This document shows, one piece after another, positions 52,729 to 62,053 of a stretch of DNA of 64,000 nt. The notes below the pieces were generated by a model. It did not search any database. It saw nothing but the letters and a program-made list of their open reading frames with translations, and was not told the origin of the DNA. Source of the DNA: Candidatus Aenigmatarchaeota archaeon (GTDB taxonomy: Archaea; Aenigmatarchaeota; Aenigmatarchaeia; PWEA01); the NCBI GenBank assembly GCA_046539325.1, contig JBKHHD010000005.1, forward strand, positions 15,248-79,247. The letters run 5' to 3'. The translations under genes and the position numbers were made by a program. Numbering within the stretch: the first letter of the stretch is position 1; each line of letters opens with the position of its first letter.

Positions 52729-54843
52729 ATGAAGAAGATAGTTTCTCTGGATGAGGCACGCGAAGAGGACAAGGTAGGTAGTAAGGCTGCTTCCCTTGCT
52801 GCTGTTTCTGAAACCTCAAAGGTTCCACAGGGTTTTGTTGTAACTGATGATGCTTTCAAGGACTTTCTTGATAGAAACGGTATTGGCGACAAGATACTTT
52901 CCATTCTTGCAAGGACAAAGATAGAGGACAGAAGAGATCTTAAGGACGCTAGCAGAAAGATAAGAAACCTGTTTGATGACGTAACTATTTCAGAGGAGCT
53001 CAGGGAGGAGGTGGAGGAGGCCTATAAAAACTTTGTTATGTCTTTCGAGGCAAAAAAGGCCGGAAGGAAGGCCATGGAACTTATCAAAGCAGGTAGAGAC
53101 ACACCTCCGGCTGCAGTTAGGTCTTCACCGATGAGAGACGAAGGTTCTTCACCTTCGATCTACAAAAGCAGTTTGAACATAAAGGGAGATGACAACCTTG
53201 TTGAAGAGATAAAGGATGTCTGGAAGAGCTTTTACAGTCCCGAGGCAATATATTACAGAGAAGACAGAGGCTACCCACATGATATGCCTTTTGCAGTGCT
53301 TGTGCAGAAGATGATAACACCTGAAAAGACCTTTGCTTATCTTCAGAGGGATCCGTGTAACTCCGAGAGGTCGGTTCTTGAAGGTGTATATGGCTTCGGT
53401 AATCCTATGTTTTCTGGAGAGGTAACTCCTGATATCTATTTTTTCGATAAAAACGGCTCGCTTCTTAAAAAAAGAATAACTAAAAGGGAATGGATGCAGG
53501 ACAGAAACCCTTCGACAGGGGATATAGAGAAGCAACCTTCGCCTTCCGCGAGGAAGAGTAAGCCTGTTCTTGAAAGAAGGGAGACCGAAGAAGTTATTTC
53601 AAAGATAAACAGAATATCCTCCCGTTTCGGGTCAGGGGTTATGATCGAGTTCTGTATGAAGAATGGGGATATATTTATTTTGGATGTCACTACTCTGGAG
53701 AGATCGTCTTCAAGGCATACTGAAGCCTCTGATGATGAGGTTATCTCCCAGGGATTTGGTGTAAGCCCAGGCGAGGCTTCAGGTGAGGTTACCAGGTCTG
53801 AGAGAAGTGCCGAAGACAAAATCCTGGTAAATAACAGGCCATCGCCGTTTGAAATTATATTTAGAAGTCCGAAGGCTGTACTCACGTCTTCCGGGGGCTT
53901 TTCATCCAACTATTCGAAGATTTCAAGGGAGTTGGAGGTTCCTTGTGTTGTTCTCGAAGAGTCCGAGTCGTCATCGATTAGGGAGGACGAAAAAGTTCGT
54001 GTCAATGCCTCAAGTGGCACGGTTTTTTCACAGGTTACAGAGGGACGTAGCTCAAAAAGCAGCTGGCGCGAGGATTCCTGGGAAAACCAAGGCAAAGATG
54101 TAAGCAAGGAAAGTGATCTTATGGCTGAGAATATAGATTCTATAACTGCAACTGAGTTAATGGTTTTTACGGATTCAGATAACTTTGAACCTGACAAGTT
54201 CGGTGTATCAGAGGGATGTGTTGTAGTCGTGAAGAATTCAGGGGGAGCCACCTCCGGCTTTGGAATTTCACGTGGACCCAACCTCACCGAGAAGCTTTCG
54301 AGATACCCTTCCAGTAAAGAACTGTGGTTAAAGTCCGATGGATCTTCCGAATCCATGCAGAGGCTTTCGGAAGTTGTAGGTACAGAAGAAAACACAGGTT
54401 CGAGAAAAAATGTTCTTTTGACCTCGCCAAGTATAGATGAGTTTGAGAATACTGTAAAAGAACTAGGTATCTCTGACAGGACAGGAACAGGTCTTGTGGT
54501 GGATACACCTGAAAAGCTTTTGTGTTTAGATAATATGAGGAGTTCCACGGCTGACTTCTTTGTCCTTGACTTCGAAAGTCTTGTCGAGCTATTCTTTGGT
54601 GAAAAGAACAGAGCTAAAGTTTTAAGCTCCAGTGCCTTCTGGGCCTCATTAAAGGAGTTCTGTAGAGCCTGTAAAGAAGGTGGTTCTAAGGTTGCTGTTG
54701 CGTATGTATCCGATAAAAGATTCCTCGGGAAGCTTATAGACAATGGTGTTGATACGGTTATAGTTAGTCCTGAAAAGGTAAAGGAAGTAAAGAACACAGT
54801 TGCTAGAATAGAGAAAAAGCTCCTTCTGGAGCGAATGAGGTAG
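52729..54843 (+). CDS. PEP synthase/dikinase-like protein, degenerate (catalytic His absent)
   Basis: VGSKAASL, VPQGF, AVRSS, VQKMI, SGEVTPD; swivel domain reads GGFSSNYSKISRELEVP. Confidence 0.75.
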   Translation: MKKIVSLDEAREEDKVGSKAASLAAVSETSKVPQGFVVTDDAFKDFLDRNGIGDKILSILARTKIEDRRDLKDASRKIRNLFDDVTISEELREEVEEAYKNFVMSFEAKKAGRKAMELIKAGRDTPPAAVRSSPMRDEGSSPSIYKSSLNIKGDDNLVEEIKDVWKSFYSPEAIYYREDRGYPHDMPFAVLVQKMITPEKTFAYLQRDPCNSERSVLEGVYGFGNPMFSGEVTPDIYFFDKNGSLLKKRITKREWMQDRNPSTGDIEKQPSPSARKSKPVLERRETEEVISKINRISSRFGSGVMIEFCMKNGDIFILDVTTLERSSSRHTEASDDEVISQGFGVSPGEASGEVTRSERSAEDKILVNNRPSPFEIIFRSPKAVLTSSGGFSSNYSKISRELEVPCVVLEESESSSIREDEKVRVNASSGTVFSQVTEGRSSKSSWREDSWENQGKDVSKESDLMAENIDSITATELMVFTDSDNFEPDKFGVSEGCVVVVKNSGGATSGFGISRGPNLTEKLSRYPSSKELWLKSDGSSESMQRLSEVVGTEENTGSRKNVLLTSPSIDEFENTVKELGISDRTGTGLVVDTPEKLLCLDNMRSSTADFFVLDFESLVELFFGEKNRAKVLSSSAFWASLKEFCRACKEGGSKVAVAYVSDKRFLGKLIDNGVDTVIVSPEKVKEVKNTVARIEKKLLLERMR

Positions 54844-54847
54844 ATCT

Positions 54848-55525
54848 ATGAAGCTAAGACTTACCTACCTCATGATTTTGATTATTATTGGGATTTCTAT
54901 ATTTGTCTGGGCTTCTGAAAACACTGATGAAACTGTCGAGGACTTTGGTTTTTCTGGTGAGAACCTTGCAGGTGGTGAAGTTTGGACTCTTATAACCTCC
55001 ATATTTTTACATGGGAACCCGGCGCATCTTGTCCTGAATTCCATAGCCCTATTCTTCTTTGGAAGGGCCCTCGAGGAAGAGCTTTCATGGGAAACGTTTC
55101 TAATAATCTTTTTCATAGGAGGAATTGTAGGAAACCTCTTTGTTCTCTTTACGTATCCCATGGAACAGGTTGTTATCGGCGCTTCCGGGGCTGTATTTGC
55201 TATAATGGGGACCGCGATAATACTTACACCTTTTGATTTCATACCATATCCTGTTCCCCTTCCACTTCCCCTGGCCCTTGTAGGTATTTTCATAGCAGTT
55301 TCAGAGATCGTAAGCTTCATGACCGGAGGCCACGGAAACATTGCGCACATAGCCCATATAGGCGGTATGGCGACTGGAATTGCATTTGGGTTCCGCGAAG
55401 GGGGGAGCAAACAAGGTCTGGCTATAGTCGCGATGCTTATGATATTCCTTTTACTTATGCCACACCTAGGACCATTGATTGAAGAAATATCTTATTTGCC
55501 TCTCATCAAAGACTTTTTGGGATAG
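54848..55525 (+). CDS. Rhomboid intramembrane serine protease
   Basis: WTLITSIFLH...HL..N, GASGA, AHIGG. Confidence 0.92.
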   Translation: MKLRLTYLMILIIIGISIFVWASENTDETVEDFGFSGENLAGGEVWTLITSIFLHGNPAHLVLNSIALFFFGRALEEELSWETFLIIFFIGGIVGNLFVLFTYPMEQVVIGASGAVFAIMGTAIILTPFDFIPYPVPLPLPLALVGIFIAVSEIVSFMTGGHGNIAHIAHIGGMATGIAFGFREGGSKQGLAIVAMLMIFLLLMPHLGPLIEEISYLPLIKDFLG

Positions 55526-55526
55526 T

Positions 55527-56471
55527 ATGGAGCAGATAGAAGACCTGATAGAAAAAATTCTTGAGGAAGAGCCCAGCAAGGTTTTGGTTCAGGTACCTGA
55601 AGGGTTGAGAAAAAAAGTAACTGATATCCAAAGTCGGCTTGAAAGAGAGGGAGTAGAGACTTTTGTTTCACTTGAGCCCTGCTACGGTGCCTGTGATATA
55701 AAGGACAAGGAAGCCAAGGAGCTGGGCTGTGACCTTCTGGTTCATGTCGGCCACACGAAGTTCTGTGATGATGAAAGGATAAAAACTTTGTACTTTCCCT
55801 GGTACTATGAAAGAGATCCAGTTCCACTGCTGAAACAGTCTCTGGACAGACTGAAAGGGTTTGAGAACATTGGACTTCTCTCAACGGCTAACTTTTTACC
55901 ATCGCTGGATAAGGCCAGGGCCTTTTTAGAGGAAGAGGGTTTCAATGTATTCACAGAGGAAGGGGATAGGACAGCTGAAGGTCAGATTCTTGGCTGTGAT
56001 GTCTCGGCTGCCTTAGCAGTAGAGGACAAGGTGGACTGCTATCTGTATTTCGGTTCCGGTATATTCCACCCTTTAGGTCTTTTATCCGAGACAGAAGCGC
56101 CGGTATTTAGACTGGATTTCGAGGAAAATGAAATCGAGGAGATGAGTCTTGATAGATTTAAGAGACAGAGGATTATTGCTGTTGAAAAAGCAAAGGAAGC
56201 AAAGACCTTTGGAATACTTTTAACTACGAAAAAAGGACAGTCAAGGCCTGAACTTGCCTCGAGGTTGAAAGAGAAACTAGAGGCTTCTGATAAAAGGGCT
56301 TATCTATTTACTATGGACGAAGTAACTCCTGGAAAGCTTGCGGGTATAGATGTGGACTGTTTGATTAATACTGCCTGTCCTAGAGTTGCGGTGGAGCATA
56401 GAACGCAGTTCGGAGTTCCTATATTGAACCCTGACGAACTCGAGGAGGCTCTTCTGGGTAGTAACCTTTAA
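55527..56471 (+). CDS. dph2: Diphthamide biosynthesis radical-SAM enzyme Dph2
   Basis: QVPEGL, CYGACD, HVGH, GQILGC, GSG.FH, TACPR. Confidence 0.93.
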   Translation: MEQIEDLIEKILEEEPSKVLVQVPEGLRKKVTDIQSRLEREGVETFVSLEPCYGACDIKDKEAKELGCDLLVHVGHTKFCDDERIKTLYFPWYYERDPVPLLKQSLDRLKGFENIGLLSTANFLPSLDKARAFLEEEGFNVFTEEGDRTAEGQILGCDVSAALAVEDKVDCYLYFGSGIFHPLGLLSETEAPVFRLDFEENEIEEMSLDRFKRQRIIAVEKAKEAKTFGILLTTKKGQSRPELASRLKEKLEASDKRAYLFTMDEVTPGKLAGIDVDCLINTACPRVAVEHRTQFGVPILNPDELEEALLGSNL

Positions 56472-56503
56472 AAGTATTGTTCTTAAAATAAATCTGTGGT
56501 ATT

Positions 56504-56776
56504 ATGAGCATAAAGATTCGTGGAAAGGGAAAGAACAAGCTTAAACTTGAGTTCGAAGACGAAGGCTTTTCCTTGGTAAACCTTCTCAGACAGAACCTCT
56601 GGGATTCAAGCACTGAGATGCAGAAAGCGGAGTATAGGAAGGGTCATACTTACATGGACAACATAAAGCTTCTAGTCGAAACTGAAGAAGGCGATCCCGT
56701 CGAAGAGGTCGTAAGTGCTGCCGAGAAAATAAAGTCCGCGGCAGAGGAGATTAAAGAACAGGTATCGAGCCTGTGA
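56504..56776 (+). CDS. rpoL: RNA polymerase subunit L (Rpo11)
   Basis: DE..SL.NLL...LW, AEY...H; follows dph2. Confidence 0.8.
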   Translation: MSIKIRGKGKNKLKLEFEDEGFSLVNLLRQNLWDSSTEMQKAEYRKGHTYMDNIKLLVETEEGDPVEEVVSAAEKIKSAAEEIKEQVSSL

Positions 56777-56802
56777 CCTATACTTCTACCGGTATGATTT
56801 AG

Positions 56803-57393
56803 ATGAGTATCACAGAAGTAAAGGACGAAGTAAGGATCTTGGGTTGGGATGACTCGCCCTTTGACAGTGATGACAATAAAATTCCGCTTGTGGGCTCCGT
56901 TCTCCGCGGAGGGAAGCCTTACTTGGACGGCATCCTAGTCGAGGAGATTACAGTTGACGGCTTTGACGTCACGGAAAAGATAATAGAAGCTACGAGTAAA
57001 ACAAAGCACAGGGATCAGCTACGTATTTTAATGCTTGACGGAATAACCTTTGCAGGATTCAATACTGCTGATATAGAGAAGATATATGAGGACACAGAGC
57101 TTCCTGTTATAGTTGTCACAAGGAAGAATACTGACTTCAAGAGCTTTAGGAAGGCCATGAAGGAGCTCCCGAAGTTCGAAAAAAGATGGGACTGTGTTCG
57201 GAGAGCAGGCGAGCTGAAAGAACACTCCTTTTCAAAAGGAAATTTATACTTCCAGCATAAAGGTATAAGTGAAGAAAAGACAAGGGAAGTAATAGAGATG
57301 ACTGCTTCAAAAAGCCTCACGCCTGAACCTATAAGAATATCACATCTTATAGCATCAGGGGTAAAGGAAGGTGAATCAATTGGTGGAGCTTGA
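56803..57393 (+). CDS. DUF99 / endonuclease dU (EndoV-like) family protein
   Basis: RILGWDDSPF, VDG.D.T, LDGITFAGFN, PEPIRISHLIAS. Confidence 0.88.
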   Translation: MSITEVKDEVRILGWDDSPFDSDDNKIPLVGSVLRGGKPYLDGILVEEITVDGFDVTEKIIEATSKTKHRDQLRILMLDGITFAGFNTADIEKIYEDTELPVIVVTRKNTDFKSFRKAMKELPKFEKRWDCVRRAGELKEHSFSKGNLYFQHKGISEEKTREVIEMTASKSLTPEPIRISHLIASGVKEGESIGGA

Positions 57394-57940
57394 AGATATC
57401 AAAAACTGGTGGGATGATGTCACAGAAGGTGCCCTTGGATGGATAATATACCTAGCTTTGGGTGTAGCGTTAGCTATAATCCTCAATGCTGCTTTTGGTT
57501 TTGTGCTTTCAACGGACTATCCTGTAGTTACCGTGGAATCAAATTCAATGGAGCCTGTTCTATACCCTGGAGATATAGTTTTTGTCAGAGGAGCGGAAAA
57601 GTACGAGACAGGCGACGTTATAGTTTTCGACGGATGGAAAGCCACGCCTATAATACATAGAATTGTTTCAAAGTCGGAGAGGACTAATGATGATCTTGAA
57701 GTTGAAACATCGAAGGGGTTTGATGAGATGACATCCGAAGAGCTGAAGGACTACCATAAAGATGCGGAGGACGAGGAAAGGCTTTACGTGACTAAGGGTG
57801 ACAACAATCCTACTTGTGACCAGTGCCAGGAAAGCGGTGAAATGGTTCTCGATGATGATATACACGGAAAGATGGTACTAAGGGTTCCTTACGTCGGCTG
57901 GCTTAAGCTCGGTGTTATGAGATTTGGCGAGGCTATATAG
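57371..57940 (+). CDS. Signal peptidase I (Sec11 type)
   Basis: SNSMEP.L.PGD, PIIHR, TKGDNN. Confidence 0.92.
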   Translation: MNQLVELEDIKNWWDDVTEGALGWIIYLALGVALAIILNAAFGFVLSTDYPVVTVESNSMEPVLYPGDIVFVRGAEKYETGDVIVFDGWKATPIIHRIVSKSERTNDDLEVETSKGFDEMTSEELKDYHKDAEDEERLYVTKGDNNPTCDQCQESGEMVLDDDIHGKMVLRVPYVGWLKLGVMRFGEAI

Positions 57941-58018
57941 CTTCTTAAGTCCGGGACCTACCAAAACATTTAAATATGATTTCACAGAAAGTTTAGCCAC
58001 TTATACGGGATGATCAAC

Positions 58019-58354
58019 ATGGAGTATTGTGATGAATGCAATTCGATAATGTCCCCAGAAAAGAAAGATGGTGAAAAGTACCTGGTTTGTAGGGGATGTG
58101 GGAACAAAAAGAATGTTTCTGAAGACGACTTTAAAGTTAGCAAAAACCACGAAGAAGAAGGCGACAACGTAGTTGTTATGGATGAGAAGAGTAAGAAGGA
58201 CGCCGATGCCTTACCTGTTGCAGAAAAGAAATGTCCTGAATGTGGCCACGAAAAGGCTGGGTGGTGGACACAACAGACCCGTTCAGGTGACGAGGCACCT
58301 ACGCGCTTCTACAAATGTAAGAAGTGTGGTCATAGGTGGAGAGAGTACAGCTAA
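58019..58354 (+). CDS. tfs: Transcription factor S
   Basis: Two Zn ribbons; QTRSGDEAPTRFYKC..CG.RWREY. Confidence 0.95.
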   Translation: MEYCDECNSIMSPEKKDGEKYLVCRGCGNKKNVSEDDFKVSKNHEEEGDNVVVMDEKSKKDADALPVAEKKCPECGHEKAGWWTQQTRSGDEAPTRFYKCKKCGHRWREYS

Positions 58355-58401
58355 GGCTTAGACAATTGTTTGATTTACTGAAAATAAATTGCTTAGTTTA
58401 A

Positions 58402-58860
58402 CTACTGCCATATACTCTCTCTTGCTCCCTGTACTTCATCGCCTTCATCCTTTTCTTCTTTCTCCTGTGGGAGCTTAGTCACAGGCTCTTCCGTCATCTT
58501 TGGTTTAGGTCTGTCTTCTGAACCTACCTTTGTCTCCTTCGTATGGTGAAGCTTTACAGGAAGATCCTCTTCCTCTTGTGGGTTATTTTTATTCCCGGGG
58601 TTATTCTCTTCTTCCTCGGAACCTAGTATCTCCTCGGCAGCACTTTTTGTTTCCTTCCTAGGCTTCTCTTCACCTTCAGGATAGATTACTCCGCCAATGC
58701 TTCCGTCTTCTTTCGTGTAGACTGTCGGTCCTTCCTTGTCTTCGTCTTTCTTTTCCTTGCTCTCCTTTACTTCTTCCTTCTTTCTGTTGCTTATGAGTTC
58801 CTTTTGCTTTTCCTCCAACTTCTTCCTAAGTTCTTCGTCGAGAAAATCATATCTTCCCAT
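58402..58860 (-). CDS. Disordered charged hypothetical protein
   Basis: E/K/P-rich low complexity. Confidence 0.55.
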   Translation of the reverse strand: MGRYDFLDEELRKKLEEKQKELISNRKKEEVKESKEKKDEDKEGPTVYTKEDGSIGGVIYPEGEEKPRKETKSAAEEILGSEEEENNPGNKNNPQEEEDLPVKLHHTKETKVGSEDRPKPKMTEEPVTKLPQEKEEKDEGDEVQGARESIWQ

Positions 58861-58908
58861 AATATCTTACATATTCTAATAAAGTCGAATTTTAAAAAGG
58901 TTCTCCTT

Positions 58909-59964
58909 TCAGATTATCAAAGCCAGAACGCTTCCGTAATATATGCTGAATGCCAGTGCTGCAGGAAATGCGGGTACGAATCTAACTCCTTCCCTTATAC
59001 TTACTTTCTCTCTCCTTTCCTTTATCTTTTCTATTTCCTCCTTTTCTAGGCCTCTTATTCTTGTGCTTGAGCTTTCGAATACGGAGCCAAATACCTTCAG
59101 GTCGGAGCTGTAGAGAAGGTACACTCCACCAATTACAACGCCCAGCATCGGTCCGGGTAGGCTCATTGCAAAGTAAAGTGTTTCTGTCGCATTGAAAAGG
59201 TACATAGCTACAGGGAGTATCGCGAAAGATAGTAGGAACTTTGAAAGCCCCTTCAGCTCCTCCGTAGGATCGTGTTCAACGTCGACCTCTTCTACCTCCT
59301 CAGCAAGCATATCACCCACCTGCAGTTCTTCGACTTCCACAATCTTCTCGAAGCCTGTTTCCTCTACTGATTTCAGGAAGCGTAGCAGAAGCGTGAAGCC
59401 CAGGAACAGTGGGATGAGAGCGAGGAAGTAAATTAGGTAGATATCAATATTTATCGTGGAGTATATCAGAGCAGGGATCAGAGGAAGCGAGGATAGGACA
59501 AATATCCTCCGTTTGTCTGAAACCACCCTTTGTTTGAAATCCTCTACAACACCTCCTCTAGTAGCTGCGAACACCAGCGCATAGATTGTCATGTATACGG
59601 CTCCTATCATAAAGAGGTTTACTACGAAGGTGGCGCTGAACGGAAGTAACTTTACTGCAGGACTGAAAGCCGGGAGGGTGGGTACGAGGGTTCCTATACC
59701 TGTCAAGACCTTTGCGTCTCCGCCACCCCACTGTCCTCCGAGGTACATGAGAAGTCCGAAGGTGAAGAAAATAGAACCGACGGCGGCAGACTGGAAGATG
59801 TATGTAGGATTCCACTCCGCAAGTGACCATGACAGATTTATTAGAAGTCCGGAAGCTACCATGCCGAGAGATATCTCATCAGGTATCTCCGTGGTCTTTA
59901 GGTCGTAGGCTCCTGCGAGGGACGAACCTCCCAGCGCTACTGCAACAGCAAGGTGTTGGAACAT
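58909..59964 (-). CDS. Prepilin peptidase (A24, EppA-like long form)
   Basis: AYDLKTTEIPD, WGGGDAK catalytic Asp pair; LQVGD, IRGL, GVRFVPAF. Confidence 0.88.
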   Translation of the reverse strand: MFQHLAVAVALGGSSLAGAYDLKTTEIPDEISLGMVASGLLINLSWSLAEWNPTYIFQSAAVGSIFFTFGLLMYLGGQWGGGDAKVLTGIGTLVPTLPAFSPAVKLLPFSATFVVNLFMIGAVYMTIYALVFAATRGGVVEDFKQRVVSDKRRIFVLSSLPLIPALIYSTINIDIYLIYFLALIPLFLGFTLLLRFLKSVEETGFEKIVEVEELQVGDMLAEEVEEVDVEHDPTEELKGLSKFLLSFAILPVAMYLFNATETLYFAMSLPGPMLGVVIGGVYLLYSSDLKVFGSVFESSSTRIRGLEKEEIEKIKERREKVSIREGVRFVPAFPAALAFSIYYGSVLALII

Positions 59965-60053
59965 ATCCTTTAAATTAACAGCGCCTTTAAATATACTTTT
60001 GGTGGTGCAAAGCTTATAAAAATCTCAATCCAATACAAGAGATAGGTGCTAAT

Positions 60054-60755
60054 TTGTTACCGGTTCCGGAACATGTAGCCATTATAATGGACGGGAACAG
60101 AAGATGGGCCAAGCAAAGGTCCTGTTCCCCCTGGGAAGGTCACAAGAAAGGCGAAGAAGTCGTGGAAGAAGTTTTAGAAAAGGCACTTGGCATGAATATA
60201 AAGCACACGACTTTCTGGACACTCTCCCTTGACAACGTAGAAAAAAGATCTGAGGAAGAGGTCGAGTATCTCATGGACCTCTTCGTGGAGAACTTCAAGA
60301 GGATAAAGGAGGAAGAAAGAATCCACGAGAACGAGGTCAAGATAAACGTTCTTGGTAGATGGAAACAGATTCTTCCGGAGAGAGTTACAGAAGCAATCGA
60401 AGAGGCAGTAGAAGCGACCAAAGATTATTCTAACTACTATTTGAACCTGCTGATTGCGTATTCCGGCAAGGATGAAATGCTACGGGCTATAAGACGTATA
60501 ACCGAGGATTCACCAGACAAGGGTGATATAACTTCTGAACTAATTAAAAAGAATCTCTTTACCTCGGAGCTACCGCCAGTGGATCTTATGATAAGAACCG
60601 GTGGCGAGCCACATAACAGTACAGGATTTATGATGTGGGATACTGCGAATTCACAGTACTACTTCTCCGAAAAGCTATGGCCAGAGTTCAGCAGCGAGGA
60701 CTTCGAAGAGGCAGTTGAAGATTATAGAAAAAGGGAAAGAAGGTTTGGTGAGTAG
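60054..60755 (+). CDS. uppS: Cis-prenyltransferase (polyprenyl diphosphate synthase)
   Basis: HVAIIMDGNRRWA, GH..G, S.DN..R, DLMIRTGGE, LWPEF. Confidence 0.95.
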   Translation: MLPVPEHVAIIMDGNRRWAKQRSCSPWEGHKKGEEVVEEVLEKALGMNIKHTTFWTLSLDNVEKRSEEEVEYLMDLFVENFKRIKEEERIHENEVKINVLGRWKQILPERVTEAIEEAVEATKDYSNYYLNLLIAYSGKDEMLRAIRRITEDSPDKGDITSELIKKNLFTSELPPVDLMIRTGGEPHNSTGFMMWDTANSQYYFSEKLWPEFSSEDFEEAVEDYRKRERRFGE

Positions 60756-61316
60756 TCAGTCCTCGTTCTTCGGTACTGTAAATAAGTAGTGCTTTACTTC
60801 TCCATCTAGTTCGTCCATTATTCTCTCCTTTATTATCTTCTCTGGATCCGGTAGAAGCGGAACCCTATCTTTCAGATCTTCCAGGCTTTCGAACTCCTCC
60901 ACCTTCCTTTCATCGAGAACGTTCCACATGTGTTTTTTACCGACACTTGGTAATGCTTCAAGTTGATGCATCCTTGGAGTTATGGGTCCTGCATTGTTGA
61001 AGAACTCGACAAACATATCTTCGTTTTCTTCAATAAGTTCGTCCAACCTTTCGTCCAATTCTTCCTTGCCGACCGTTGAAAGATCCGGAACGGTTATACT
61101 TTTCTTTATGTATTTTACCTTGTCTCTTTTTCCGTCGCCGATGTATACCTTTTCACCTTCCTCTACTTCGACGCCATCCCTGAGGATAACTTCAAGTAGG
61201 GAGAAGTATTTGTCGCCAAGTACCTGTGCCGTTGGTTCACTTCTGCTGTCGGACATCTTACCTTCCGGCATAAAGTCTAGTACTATACCATTTTCGTCCT
61301 TTTTCTCTTTGGGCAT
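60756..61316 (-). CDS. DUF655 RNA-binding protein
   Basis: VLDF...G, G..YFSLLE, FFN.AGPITPRMHQLE.LP.VGKK. Confidence 0.93.
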   Translation of the reverse strand: MPKEKKDENGIVLDFMPEGKMSDSRSEPTAQVLGDKYFSLLEVILRDGVEVEEGEKVYIGDGKRDKVKYIKKSITVPDLSTVGKEELDERLDELIEENEDMFVEFFNNAGPITPRMHQLEALPSVGKKHMWNVLDERKVEEFESLEDLKDRVPLLPDPEKIIKERIMDELDGEVKHYLFTVPKNED

Positions 61317-61345
61317 CTTTTAAGCACCTCCAGAACTAGCTGGTT

Positions 61346-61672
61346 TTACTCTCTATACTGGTCCAGGATTTCTAAGATTTCTTCCATATTTTCATCGGAT
61401 AAACTCGTTCTCTCCTTTGAGAAGATCAACCTTATATCGCTCTTCTCCTGCGGCATTACGTTGATGAGAGCTGCAGCTTGTCTTGCCTTTACCCTGCCTA
61501 CTTCCTGAAGCTCTTTCATTGCTTTCCTTGCATCGGTGACATTTATGTCGACGTTCTTTTCCAGGAAGTCCATACATATCTTCTGCTCGTAGGCAAGGTC
61601 CTCGTCCTTCTTCTTAGACATAGTGTTTCTTGCTTCGGCAGCGGGAACTGGTTTTTCGCTTTTAATCTCCAT
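61346..61672 (-). CDS. rpoF: RNA polymerase subunit F (Rpo4)
   Basis: L.YEQ, INVMP....IR.IFSKER; conserved rpl21e-rpoF-DUF655 order. Confidence 0.88.
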   Translation of the reverse strand: MEIKSEKPVPAAEARNTMSKKKDEDLAYEQKICMDFLEKNVDINVTDARKAMKELQEVGRVKARQAAALINVMPQEKSDIRLIFSKERTSLSDENMEEILEILDQYRE

Positions 61673-61686
61673 ATATATTACCTCCT

Positions 61687-61983
61687 TCAATCCTGGGATT
61701 TTATCTTTTTTAGATGTACAGGTTTTACCTTGATCTTCTTCTTCTTTTCTCCGTCCTTTAGCTTAACAAGGTACGTCCCTCCTTCGGTCCCTGTGACTTC
61801 AACTACCCTTCCCTGGAACTTTGGATCAGGCATGGTGCTGTGTGACGAAGGCTCTATATCTATCTGAACCTTTTCGCCTACTTCGAACTCCTTCAGATGC
61901 TGATTTGGAGCTACGCCCCCGTCCTTCTTCAACTTCCTTCTTGTTCCTTGCATCTTTCCTTTGGATCCTTTCATCTTCCACAC
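61687..61983 (-). CDS. rpl21e: 50S ribosomal protein eL21
   Basis: SKG...GTRRKL, GEKV.IDIEPS, P.FQGR, KPVHL. Confidence 0.93.
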   Translation of the reverse strand: MWKMKGSKGKMQGTRRKLKKDGGVAPNQHLKEFEVGEKVQIDIEPSSHSTMPDPKFQGRVVEVTGTEGGTYLVKLKDGEKKKKIKVKPVHLKKIKSQD

Positions 61984-62053
61984 CCGATATCCATTTCTCT
62001 TTCAGGTTTATATACCTTATTCATTTCTATACCTCCACTTATAAAAATTTGTC

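Noticed and set aside
53910-54797. Long antisense ORFs (e.g. 295 aa here, 216 aa at 19348-19998)
   Set aside because: Ser/Phe/Leu-rich shadows of Glu/Lys-rich sense genes
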